The notes: generated by a model from the sequence alone, not told the origin. 32,913 nucleotides of DNA from Thermoplasmata archaeon (GCA_050011075.1 JBEKJT010000002.1:1-32913); one strand, 5' to 3'; positions 17,794 through 25,871 are shown, counted from the first letter of the stretch. Translations and numbers: made by a program.

Positions 17794-18261
17794 ATGAGCG
17801 CTTCGGGACCGCCCTCGTCCGCGATGGGAAGTACTCCGGCGGGTCCGGACCGGCAGGGCGCCATCCCTACCGTCCTGTGGGGGCGGAACGAGGATACGCG
17901 GCTGTTGCTCCGCGGACTCCTGCGTCTCAACCGGTATCCGATCGTGCACGAGGCGGCGACCCTCGACGATCTCCAGGGACTGCCGGTTTCCGATGGGCCA
18001 CGGCTCCTTGTCGTCGACGCAGAGACGGAGGAGGGCAACTGGTACGAAGACATCGCGGCCGCGCTTCGCGAACACTCCGAGCTGCGTGCGGTCGTGATCC
18101 TTCCGCGGGACGCCCGAGGCACGGAAGACCTGGCCCGGGCCGCCGGCGCGCGGGTCGTCCTTTCCCGACCGTTTGCGATCCAGGACCTCGTCGCCGCCCT
18201 CGAACGCGCGACGGAGGATGACGGGTCTCCGTTCGCTGCGGGACCGCGCCCGACGTCGTAG
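17794..18261 (+). CDS. stand-alone CheY-like receiver-domain protein, degenerate active site
   Basis: Last 155 codons of ORF 16141..18261. LLVVDAE, VVILPRD and VVLSRPF fit the receiver fold. In-frame ATGs at 17683 and 17695 are alternative starts, but codons 17740-17790 are A/T-ending and atypical for this genome. Confidence 0.6.
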   Translation: MSASGPPSSAMGSTPAGPDRQGAIPTVLWGRNEDTRLLLRGLLRLNRYPIVHEAATLDDLQGLPVSDGPRLLVVDAETEEGNWYEDIAAALREHSELRAVVILPRDARGTEDLARAAGARVVLSRPFAIQDLVAALERATEDDGSPFAAGPRPTS

Positions 18262-18291
18262 ACCCCCCGCCAGCGGTAAGCCCTCTCGGGG

Positions 18292-19734
18292 TTGCCCCTC
18301 TTCGTGGAGCCGTCGATTGAAGGGTCGCTCGCCCGGTCGGTGCGCGGGTCGGTCCGCAGCGATCCGGCCTCGCTCGAACCGTTCCGTCACGACCGGTCGC
18401 ACCTCGAGGGTACGCCGGTGGCGGTCGTGGCGCCGGCGGATGCCGACGACGTGGTCTCCCTGGTGCGCTGGGCAAGACGGTCGAGGGTCCCCCTCGTTCC
18501 CCGGGGGGCCGGAACGTCGCTCGACGGTGAGTCGGTCCCTCCCAACGGCAGTGTGGTCGTCGACCTTTCGGGGTGGAACCGGGTCCTGGAGGTCGACCCC
18601 GGCGAGCTCTGGGCCCGCGTCGGCCCGGGGATGGTCAACCTCGACCTGCAGGCCGCCCTCCACCCCTACGGCGTCTTCTTCCCCCCCAACCCGGGCTCCT
18701 GGACGGTCGCGACGGTCGGGGGGAACCTCGGCACGAACGCCTCGGGACCCCGTTCGTACCGCTACGGTCCGACGCGGGCCTGGGTCCGGGCCGTCGAAGC
18801 GGTGTTGGGAACGGGCGAGCGCGCCCGTTTCGGTACCCTCGTGGCCAAGCGGTCGGTCGGGCCCGACCTTCTGCCGCTGATCGTGGGCAGTGAAGGCACG
18901 CTTGCGATCGTCACCGAGGTCACCGTGCGTCTCGCGCCCCTCCCGGCGCGGCGCGAAGGTCTCGTCTTCCCTCTTGCGGCCGGGGTCTCGCTCGGCGCCG
19001 TCGCCCGCCGTCTCCGGCAAAGTGCCGACACCGGCCTCTCGGCCGTGGAGTACATCGACCGGGCGTCGGCGGCCGTGCTCGCCGAACGGCGGACCGTCGG
19101 TTGGCCGACCGGGTCCGCGCTCCTCTTGCTCGAGGTCGAGGCCGAGAGCGACCGCGAGGCGGGGTTCCGGCGGGAGCGTCTTGTCGAGGTCCTGCGCACC
19201 GTCGGGGTCGACCGCGGCCCGACCGTCTTCGCGGACGCCGACCAGCTCTGGACGCTCCGCGGCGAGAGCAGCGTCGTGCTCGACGAGCGAACCGGCCATC
19301 GGGTCCGCGAGGACGTCGCCGTCCCGCTCGGACGCATCGACGAGCTCCTCGCCCGGTTGGAGGAGATCGGACGGGGCGCCGACGCCCCTTACTACCTGTT
19401 CGCCCACCTCGGGGAAGGCAGCTTCCACCCGAACTACGCGTGCGACCCGGCGAGCCCGACGGGCGACCGGGTGCGGAGGGCGGTGCTGAACGCCGCGCTC
19501 GAGCTCGGAGGGAGCGTGAGCAGCGAACACGGGATCGGCCGGCTCAAGGTCGATTTCCTCGAGCGGGAGCTCGGCCCCATCGCGGTCGACCTGCTGACGG
19601 GGCTGAAACGTCGCTTCGACCCCGACGGGATCCTCAACCCGGGGAAGCTCTATCCCCCCCTCCCGCCGAGAGTAGGCGGACGACCTTCTCCGTTGCTTTC
19701 GGGATCGGGAGCCCCGCGAGCGCCCGAGGGCTGA
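18292..19734 (+). CDS. FAD-linked oxidase (GlcD / D-lactate dehydrogenase family)
   Basis: FAD-binding PCMH-type motifs (VVAPADADDVVSLVRWA, LVPRGAGTSLDGES, GGNLGTNASG) and a C-terminal EHGIGRLK...FDPDGILNPGKL. TTG start at 18292, with GTG 18304 as an alternative. Confidence 0.85.
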   Translation: MPLFVEPSIEGSLARSVRGSVRSDPASLEPFRHDRSHLEGTPVAVVAPADADDVVSLVRWARRSRVPLVPRGAGTSLDGESVPPNGSVVVDLSGWNRVLEVDPGELWARVGPGMVNLDLQAALHPYGVFFPPNPGSWTVATVGGNLGTNASGPRSYRYGPTRAWVRAVEAVLGTGERARFGTLVAKRSVGPDLLPLIVGSEGTLAIVTEVTVRLAPLPARREGLVFPLAAGVSLGAVARRLRQSADTGLSAVEYIDRASAAVLAERRTVGWPTGSALLLLEVEAESDREAGFRRERLVEVLRTVGVDRGPTVFADADQLWTLRGESSVVLDERTGHRVREDVAVPLGRIDELLARLEEIGRGADAPYYLFAHLGEGSFHPNYACDPASPTGDRVRRAVLNAALELGGSVSSEHGIGRLKVDFLERELGPIAVDLLTGLKRRFDPDGILNPGKLYPPLPPRVGGRPSPLLSGSGAPRAPEG

Positions 19735-20743
19735 CCCAGCGACGCCCCGGGCGGGGCCTGGGCCGGCCACGACCTCGGAAGACGTGGAGCTCGACGGTGA
19801 AGTGGCTGTAGGCGTGACGAACCACCCCGACGCGAACGAGGCCGACGACCCGGACCCCGGTCTCCTCGCGCAACTCCCGGGCCGCCGCCATCCTCGGCGT
19901 TTCGCCCGATCCGACCTTGCCGCCGGGGAACTCCCAGAGCCCTCCAAGGAGCCCGGTCGGCGCACGACGCTGGACGAACCATCGTCCCTGGGCGTCCGTC
20001 AACGCAACGACCGATGCCCTAACGTGGGGACGACGCCGGGGGGCGGGGCGCTTCGGGAGGACCGCCGGGTCGTCGAGCTCCCCCCGGGCCCGGCAGACGG
20101 AAGACACCGGGCAAGCTCCGCAGTCCGGATCGGTCGGGTGGCAGACGGTCTCCCCGAGTTCCATGATGGCTTCGGTAAAGGCGCCGGACGGTCGGTCGCC
20201 GATGGCCTCGCGAAGGGCCCGTTCGATGCGGGCCCGCACCGCCTCGCGACGAACGTCTCCCTCTTCCCGGGTCCAACGGGCGGCGACCCGGAGTCCGTTC
20301 GCTTCGAGGGCGACCGTGGGCACGTCAAACGCCAGGCTGGCGACCGCGCGCGCGATGTAGCGACCGATGCCGGGCAGCTGTTCGAGCTCGGGGACCGTCT
20401 CCGGAAGCCGACCCCCGGATTCGCCGACGAGCCGTCGAGCGGCCGCATGCAAGTGACGCGCGCGCGCGTAGTACCCGGCGCCTTGCCACACCTTCAGGAC
20501 CCGTCCAAGCGGGGCTCGAGCCAGGGCCGCCACGTTCGGGAACGCCCGGAGGAAACGTTCGTAGTAGGGAACGGCCTGGGCGACGCGGGTCTGCTGCAGG
20601 AGGACCTCCGCGACCCAGAGATGGTACGGGTCCCGATCACGGCGCCACGGCAGGGGACGGCGGTGGAAAGCGAACCATTCGAGGAGGGCCGGAACGAGGG
20701 CCGGCGGCAGCGTGGGCGCCGAGCGTCTCGAACGGGCCCCCAC
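19634..20743 (-). CDS. mutY: A/G-specific adenine DNA glycosylase with Nudix-type C-terminal domain
   Basis: HLWVAEVLLQQTRV, HhH LPGIGRYIA, 4Fe-4S loop CHPTDPDCGACPVSSVC, and C-terminal LWEFPGGKVGSGETPRMAAARELREETG. GTG start ~33 nt after a TTTAAG box. Confidence 0.9.
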   Translation of the reverse strand: MGARSRRSAPTLPPALVPALLEWFAFHRRPLPWRRDRDPYHLWVAEVLLQQTRVAQAVPYYERFLRAFPNVAALARAPLGRVLKVWQGAGYYARARHLHAAARRLVGESGGRLPETVPELEQLPGIGRYIARAVASLAFDVPTVALEANGLRVAARWTREEGDVRREAVRARIERALREAIGDRPSGAFTEAIMELGETVCHPTDPDCGACPVSSVCRARGELDDPAVLPKRPAPRRRPHVRASVVALTDAQGRWFVQRRAPTGLLGGLWEFPGGKVGSGETPRMAAARELREETGVRVVGLVRVGVVRHAYSHFTVELHVFRGRGRPRPRPGRRWVSPRALAGLPIPKATEKVVRLLSAGGGDRASPG

Positions 20744-20773
20744 GATCCTCTTCGGGCGGTAGGGGTCCCGGCC

Positions 20774-20779
20774 TTAAAT
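20774..20779 (-). promoter_or_regulatory. TATA-like box (ATTTAA on minus strand) ~33 nt upstream of the mutY GTG
   Basis: A/T island in a G+C-rich spacer. Confidence 0.3.
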
Positions 20780-20979
20780 CACGGGAGGAACGACGGGGCG
20801 CGCCGAAGGACCGGCGGCGGACGACGCACCGCCCCTTTCGTAGCGGAACAATGCGGATCCGTCCCCGAGGGGGAGGACCTTGCCCGCGCTTCGCCGCGCA
20901 CCCCGGCCACGGAGTCGGCGGATGGCTGGGAGATTCCCCGCCGACAAAGACAATCGGCCATTCCCCTGTCGTTCTCCTC

Positions 20980-21628
20980 GTGACCGCACCCGGCGGGAAG
21001 CTCGTGCGAGTCCGGCTGCCCGTCGTGACGCCGCGACTCGCGCTTTGCCTCGCTGAGCTTTCCGGTCTGCCGTTCTTCCTCCGCTCCACGAACGATCCCT
21101 CGGTCCTGCGCAACTACATATCCCGACGGGCGCCGTTGAAACGGTCGGAGGAGGTCGCCTACGTGACGAGCTCCCGACGCGCGACCGCAAAGGGCGAGAA
21201 GCTCAACCTCTCCATCACGTTCCGGGAGACCGGGGAACTCGTCGGAGGCATCCGGCTCGAGGTCCGGGACTGGACCCACCGCCACGGACGGACCGGATAC
21301 TCGTTGACGGCCCCCTACTGGCACCGGGGCTACGGTTCCGAAGCGGCGTCCGCCGTCCTCCGGGTCGCGTTCCAAACGCTCAAGCTCCACCGGGTCGACG
21401 CCAGGGTGTTCTCCTTCAACCCCCGCTCTGCTCGTTCGACGTTTGGGTTTCCGGAATGAGGGGTAGAGAAGGGAAGTCCTCTACCGAGGAGTTCGATGGC
21501 ATGACGAGGTGGGATACGGTCTCCTCGCGAAGGAGTTCCGTTCCTTCCGCCCACTCCGCGGCAGGTACCACCGGTGCGTCCCGCCAGGTACTCGGGGTAT
21601 GCCAACGTCCGGCCCCCCGGGGGTCTAA
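20980..21628 (+). pseudogene. RimJ/RimL-type GNAT acetyltransferase pseudogene (1-nt frameshift plus in-frame TAG)
   Basis: Frame A (ORF 20851..21459) carries TPRLAL...YWHRGYGSEAASAVL...HRVDARVFSFNPRS and then ends in nonsense. The expected continuation LVRRLGFRNEG is in the +1 frame from 21431 and hits TAG at 21464-21466. It then continues RREVLYRGVRWHDEVGYGLLAKEF to TAA at 21626-21628. Confidence 0.65.
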
Positions 21629-21646
21629 GCCCACGCGGGGACGCAC

Positions 21647-23215
21647 CTAGTGGCGGAAGACCCGCCAGCCCGTGAAGTACATCGCGATCTTCGCCCGTTC
21701 CGCGACCGCGATCACCTCCGGGTCTCGTACGCTGCCCCCGGGCTGGACGATGGCCCGAACGCCGGCCTTCACGGCCACCTCGATACCGTCCGGGAACGGG
21801 AAGAACGCGTCCGAGGCGAGGACCGCCCCGCGGGCCCGGTCCCCGGCGACCCCGCAGGCGAGCTCCACCGACTTCACGCGCGTCGGCTGGCCGGAGCCGA
21901 CCCCGACCGTCTGGGAACCCCGGGCGAGGACGATTCCATTCGACTTCGCGTGACGGACGACCTTCCACGCGAACTCGAGCGCGGCGAGCTCCTCGGCGGT
22001 CGCGGCGGAGGAGGTCACGAGTCGCAGCTCCGAGGGCAGGAGTTCCCGACGGTCGGTCTCTTGGAGCAGGAGGCGGCCGAGGGCGCTCTTGGCGTCCCAG
22101 TGCGACCGCTCGGCGGCCGGGAGTCCGGTACGAACGACCTTGAGCTTCGGCCGGTGGCCGAGTGCCTCCAGCGACGTGGGGTCGAACTCGGGAGCGACGA
22201 GCAGGTCGACGAACACACCCTTGAGCGCCGCCGGGTCGTCCGGCCCAAACCGCCGGTTTACCGCGATCGCGCAGCCGTAGCGGGCGACCGGGTCGGTCTC
22301 GATCGCCCATGCGAGGGCTTCCGTCAGCGTCGGGGCCGAGGCCACGCCGCAGGGGGTCGCGTGCTTCACCACGGCGGCGGCCGGTCGAGCGAACTCGGCG
22401 ACCGCGCCAACGGCGGTGTCGATGTCGAGCAGGTTCGTGAACGAGAGGGCGTCCCCCTTGAGGACCGCGAGCGGCGCCGATTCGAGGCCCGTCCCGGCGA
22501 GGCTCGCGGCACCGTAGACGGCAGCCTTCTGGTGCGGGTTCTCCCCGTAGCGAAGACGCAGGGGCTCGCGCCGGAAGACCAGCTCCTCCGGGAACCCGTC
22601 CGAGGGAGCGGGGTGCGGGCGCAAGCCACGCGCGATCGCCGCGTCGTACTCCATGCACCGGTCGAACGCCCGAACGGCGAGCCGCTGTCGGGTCGCCGCG
22701 GAAACGCTCCCGCCGGACGCTCGCAGCTCGTCGAGGAGCGGCGCGTATTCCCCGGGTTCGGTGAGGACCGTCACCCACTCGTGGTTCTTCGCTGCCGCCC
22801 GCACGAGCGTGACGCCGCCGATGTCGATGTACTCCTCACGGTCCGTCGCCTCCGGATGCTGGGCGAGGTGCTGCTCGAACGGGTAGAAGTTCACGACCAC
22901 GAGGTCGAACGGAAGGAGTCCTCGCTCGAGGAGCTCGCGGCGTCCGGCTCCGGTACGCGGGGCGAGGACGCCTCCGAGGATCCCTGGGTGCAGGGTCTTG
23001 ATCCGGCCGCCGAACCACGCGGCGATCCCGGTCAGCTCCTCGGCGGGCCGGACCGCGATGCGCTCGTCGGCGAGCGCCTTCCGCGTGCCGCTCGTGGCCC
23101 AGAGCTCGACGCCGAAGGCCGAGAGCCCGCGCGCGAGCTCCGAGAGCCCGGCCTTATCGTCGACCGAGAGCAGCGCCCGTTCGACCCGGGTCGTCGACTT
23201 CGCTTCGGACGCCAC
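21647..23215 (-). CDS. purH: bifunctional AICAR transformylase / IMP cyclohydrolase
   Basis: RALLSVDDKAGL, GGRIKTLHPGILGG and VVNFYPFE, with the C-terminal AICARFT region through YFTGWRVFRH. GTG 23215 gives the usual ~10-aa lead before RALLSV. An in-frame ATG at 23320 is the longer alternative. Confidence 0.9.
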   Translation of the reverse strand: MASEAKSTTRVERALLSVDDKAGLSELARGLSAFGVELWATSGTRKALADERIAVRPAEELTGIAAWFGGRIKTLHPGILGGVLAPRTGAGRRELLERGLLPFDLVVVNFYPFEQHLAQHPEATDREEYIDIGGVTLVRAAAKNHEWVTVLTEPGEYAPLLDELRASGGSVSAATRQRLAVRAFDRCMEYDAAIARGLRPHPAPSDGFPEELVFRREPLRLRYGENPHQKAAVYGAASLAGTGLESAPLAVLKGDALSFTNLLDIDTAVGAVAEFARPAAAVVKHATPCGVASAPTLTEALAWAIETDPVARYGCAIAVNRRFGPDDPAALKGVFVDLLVAPEFDPTSLEALGHRPKLKVVRTGLPAAERSHWDAKSALGRLLLQETDRRELLPSELRLVTSSAATAEELAALEFAWKVVRHAKSNGIVLARGSQTVGVGSGQPTRVKSVELACGVAGDRARGAVLASDAFFPFPDGIEVAVKAGVRAIVQPGGSVRDPEVIAVAERAKIAMYFTGWRVFRH

Positions 23216-23248
23216 GCCCCGTACCCCCAACGGGGAGGGAGGGGGCAA

Positions 23249-23254
23249 GATAAG
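23249..23254 (-). promoter_or_regulatory. TATA-like box (GTATCTTATCTT on minus strand) ~36 nt upstream of purH GTG 23215
   Basis: Contains the recurrent CTTATC. This argues against the longer ATG 23320 start. Confidence 0.3.
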
Positions 23255-23364
23255 ATACACGGAGGCACCGAACGATTCGTCGGCCCGTTCCCGCAGGCCG
23301 TCCTCCGCGGCGGTAGCCATTAATACGGCGACCCGAGCTAGATAGTCTCCCCGGAAGCCCCGCC

Positions 23365-24336
23365 ATGCATCGGACCCACAGCGCGCGTCGGAGCCCCGTC
23401 TCCCAGCCGCGGCTCGACCGGACCGCCCGGCTCGGCTCGGAGAAGGGACACCGCCGCTGGCGTCGTCGCGGACGGCGGGGCCAGGTCGCCCCGGTGGCGA
23501 CAATCCTCGGTCTCCTCTTGGTCGTGACGTTCATCGCGAACTACCTTACGACCACGCTCCCGGGCCAGATGTCGGTCAACGACCTCAACCACGAGGTCCA
23601 AGTGGAGAACCAGGTCGGGAAGCTTTCCGCGCTGCTTCAGGCGGTCTCGCTGACCGGAACCCAGGGCGCCCAGGTCATCCAGCCGATCTCGCTCGGGACG
23701 CTCGCCGCGCCGCCGTTCGCGGCGGCCGACTACTCCGTCCTCTCGCCCGGGAACCTGACCGGGAGGCTGACGGTCAGCTTCTCGGTGACCGGACCGGGGC
23801 CGACCGTCCACAAGTACACGAACCTCGGCGTGCCCGGGGGCTCGCTGCTCGTCCACCTCGCGAACACCTACGCTACGGCGGCGGACGTGGCGTACGACCA
23901 AGGGGCCGTCATTTACGCCCAACCCGCCGGCTATCCGATCCTGGTCGACCCGCCGTCGATCACCCTCGTGAACGGAGCCCTTTCGATCTGGGTCCCCTCG
24001 TTCCAGGGGACCGCCCGCACCGAATCCGGGATCGGCACGGCGGTGGTCACGGCGCGTCTCGTCTCGCTCGATGCGCTCTCCTACCCCGTGAACGGGTTCG
24101 CGCTCACGACCGGCTCCACGGTCTGGGTCAACGTCAGCACTCCGTACCCGGCGGTCTGGACGAACTTCCTCAACGCGATCACGCCGACGAGCGTGTCCCC
24201 GACCTGTACGGGCGTGAGGAACGTCTGTTCGAGCTCGTACCAGTCGAGCGGTCCCTCCGCCCTCGTCTCGATCGCGATCCCTTCCGTGACCTCGCTCTCG
24301 ATCGATTACGCGACCTTCGCGGTCGCGTTCGGTTAG
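23365..24336 (+). CDS. hypothetical surface protein with archaeal class III (type IV pilin-like) signal peptide
   Basis: A basic N-terminus is followed by RRGQ-VAPVATILGLLLVVTFIANYL, which resembles the archaeal prepilin/DUF1628-type motif. The rest is beta-rich and Thr/Ser/Val-rich. Confidence 0.55.
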   Translation: MHRTHSARRSPVSQPRLDRTARLGSEKGHRRWRRRGRRGQVAPVATILGLLLVVTFIANYLTTTLPGQMSVNDLNHEVQVENQVGKLSALLQAVSLTGTQGAQVIQPISLGTLAAPPFAAADYSVLSPGNLTGRLTVSFSVTGPGPTVHKYTNLGVPGGSLLVHLANTYATAADVAYDQGAVIYAQPAGYPILVDPPSITLVNGALSIWVPSFQGTARTESGIGTAVVTARLVSLDALSYPVNGFALTTGSTVWVNVSTPYPAVWTNFLNAITPTSVSPTCTGVRNVCSSSYQSSGPSALVSIAIPSVTSLSIDYATFAVAFG

Positions 24337-24692
24337 TCCCGCGTCGGCCGGGGGCGCATCGACCGCAACCAGGCCTTGGCTCCGACCAGGGTTCCCCACG
24401 TTCGTCGGGTCGCCAGTCTCAGGTCCGGACCGGTCCGGCCCGCGACCGTCCAGGCCGTGCGTGCGGTCCGGACATGGAGGTGCCCGACCTCGACGATCGC
24501 CCGTCGCCCGTCGGAGCGTACCAGCCGGAACGTCAGGTTCCCGTGGCCCGACCGGTCGAGCCGCTCGCGTAGCAGGGCCTCCCAGTCTCGGGAGAACGAG
24601 GGAAAGTGTTCCCCCGCTACCTCGAGGCCGAGGTAGCGGGGACGAAGGGGTCTCGGCCTATCGGACGAGGTCGATGACTTCCTCGGACTCAC
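24333..24692 (-). CDS. rnp2: RNase P protein component 2 (Pop5-like)
   Basis: 119 aa. LRPRYLGLEV near the N-terminus and RRTWGTLVGAKAWL near the C-terminus parallel the archaeal Pop5 motifs (KRYIAFKV / GVSGTIKRLK). GTG start overlaps the ftsZ 3' end by 35 nt. Confidence 0.6.
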   Translation of the reverse strand: MSPRKSSTSSDRPRPLRPRYLGLEVAGEHFPSFSRDWEALLRERLDRSGHGNLTFRLVRSDGRRAIVEVGHLHVRTARTAWTVAGRTGPDLRLATRRTWGTLVGAKAWLRSMRPRPTRD

Positions 24693-25791
24693 CGGCCGCG
24701 TAGCCTCCCTTCTGTCCGAGAAGGCTCTGGGCGCGGACCCCCGTGATGATGAGGAGCACCTTGATGGTGTTCTCCATGTCGGGGGAGTTCTCGACCGAGC
24801 AGCCCCAGATGATGCGGGCGCGCTTCGAGATCTTGCCGCCGACGAGCGCGGCGGCCTTTTCGGCCTCGCTGACCGTCATCGTCGGACCGCCGATCACGCG
24901 GACGAGCGCGCCGGTAGCGTCCTTCAGTTCGACCGAGCCGAGGAGCGGCGACGTGAGGGCCTCCGTGACCGCTTCGGTGACGCGGTCCGTGGCGCTCTCG
25001 CTCTCGCCGAGCCCGATGAGGGCGACCCCGCCGTCCTTCATGACGGTGAGGATGTCGGCGTAGTCGAGGTTGACGAGGCCGGGCTTCGTCACGATCTCGG
25101 TGATCCCCTTGATCGCGGTCATCAGGACCGCATCCGCGAGCTTGAAGGCGGAGTCGAGCGGCATGCGGGGGACGAGCTCGAGGAGCTTGTCGTTCTGGAT
25201 GACGATCGTCGTGTCGCAGACGCGGCGCAGGCGCTCGAGGCCATCACGGGCCTGTTCCATACGGGCCGTGCCTTCGCCCGAGAACGGCAGCGTGACGACG
25301 CCCATCGTGAGCGCGCCGGCTTCCTTCGCGATCCGGGCGACCAAGTGGGCGGAGCCGGTACCGGTTCCGCCGCCCATGCCGGCGGTGATGAAGACGATGT
25401 GCGCACCGTTCAGAAACTGGCGCAGCTCTTCCTCGTTCTCGCGGGCCGCCTCTTCCCCGATCTCGGGGCGGGCGCCGGCGCCGAGGCCCTTCGTGGCCCT
25501 TCGGCCGATGAGGATCTTCCGGGGAGAGTGGATGGTGAGGAGATGTTTCGCATCCGTGTTGATGGCGCACATCTCGGCACCCTGGATGCCCTCGTCGACG
25601 CACCGGTTGATGGTGTTCGAGCCTCCACCGCCGCAACCGACAATCCGGATGTTGACCCGGAGGGTCTCCGCCAGCTTCGCGAGCTCGGCATCGTCCGAGC
25701 TAGCGTAGGCGGGCGCGGCCGGCTTCTTCTCCTCGACCAGGGCCTGGTTCTCCTGGTGCTTCGCAATCGCTTCCTGGATGATGGACTTCAT
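24658..25791 (-). CDS. ftsZ: cell division protein FtsZ
   Basis: GCGGGGSNTIN, tubulin signature GMGGGTGTGS, and NTDAKHL. ATG 25791 is preceded by GAGGA 7 nt upstream. The 24 codons upstream in ORF 24658..25863 contain the putative TATA box. Confidence 0.95.
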   Translation of the reverse strand: MKSIIQEAIAKHQENQALVEEKKPAAPAYASSDDAELAKLAETLRVNIRIVGCGGGGSNTINRCVDEGIQGAEMCAINTDAKHLLTIHSPRKILIGRRATKGLGAGARPEIGEEAARENEEELRQFLNGAHIVFITAGMGGGTGTGSAHLVARIAKEAGALTMGVVTLPFSGEGTARMEQARDGLERLRRVCDTTIVIQNDKLLELVPRMPLDSAFKLADAVLMTAIKGITEIVTKPGLVNLDYADILTVMKDGGVALIGLGESESATDRVTEAVTEALTSPLLGSVELKDATGALVRVIGGPTMTVSEAEKAAALVGGKISKRARIIWGCSVENSPDMENTIKVLLIITGVRAQSLLGQKGGYAAGESEEVIDLVR

Positions 25792-25860
25792 CGGTATTTC
25801 CTCGCTTCCGTTTGTCAGACGAGCGTCATACGCTCCGAGGTAGCACTCTTGAGATTCGTA

Positions 25861-25866
25861 CATAAA
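25861..25866 (-). promoter_or_regulatory. TATA-like box (TTTATG on minus strand) for ftsZ, ~72 nt upstream of ATG 25791
   Basis: Here a ~45-nt leader with a GAGGA Shine-Dalgarno is implied, unlike most host genes. It lies 6 nt from the left 21-bp repeat. Confidence 0.3.
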
Positions 25867-25871
25867 CGTTT

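Noticed and set aside
17749-19965. 738-aa ORF on the minus strand, the longest in the track
   Set aside because: It runs antisense to the receiver gene and the FAD-oxidase gene, and out of frame through the mutY 3' end. It is Arg/Gly/Pro/Asp-rich with no recognisable motif. Stop-free antisense frames are expected in ~75% G+C coding DNA.
20841-20849. TAGCGGAAC, a 9-mer shared with the 21-bp repeat, in the mutY/GNAT spacer
   Set aside because: A single 9-mer match is about what chance gives in 2 x 33 kb, and the flanking bases do not extend the similarity.
21464-21466. In-frame TAG in the GNAT gene as a pyrrolysine or read-through codon
   Set aside because: TAG terminates several solid genes in this window (map, metE, purC, modE, ftsZ). 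The same gene also carries a frameshift 35 nt upstream, so a pseudogene is the simpler explanation.
21650-23323. 557-aa plus-strand ORF opposite purH
   Set aside because: Shadow ORF. purH on the other strand has unmistakable family motifs, and this one is Arg/Gly/Glu/Pro-rich low-complexity sequence.
24743-24749. GTGATGA (C-box-like) as part of a C/D box sRNA
   Set aside because: It lies antisense inside the ftsZ coding region, and no CTGA D-box follows within the next ~80 nt.
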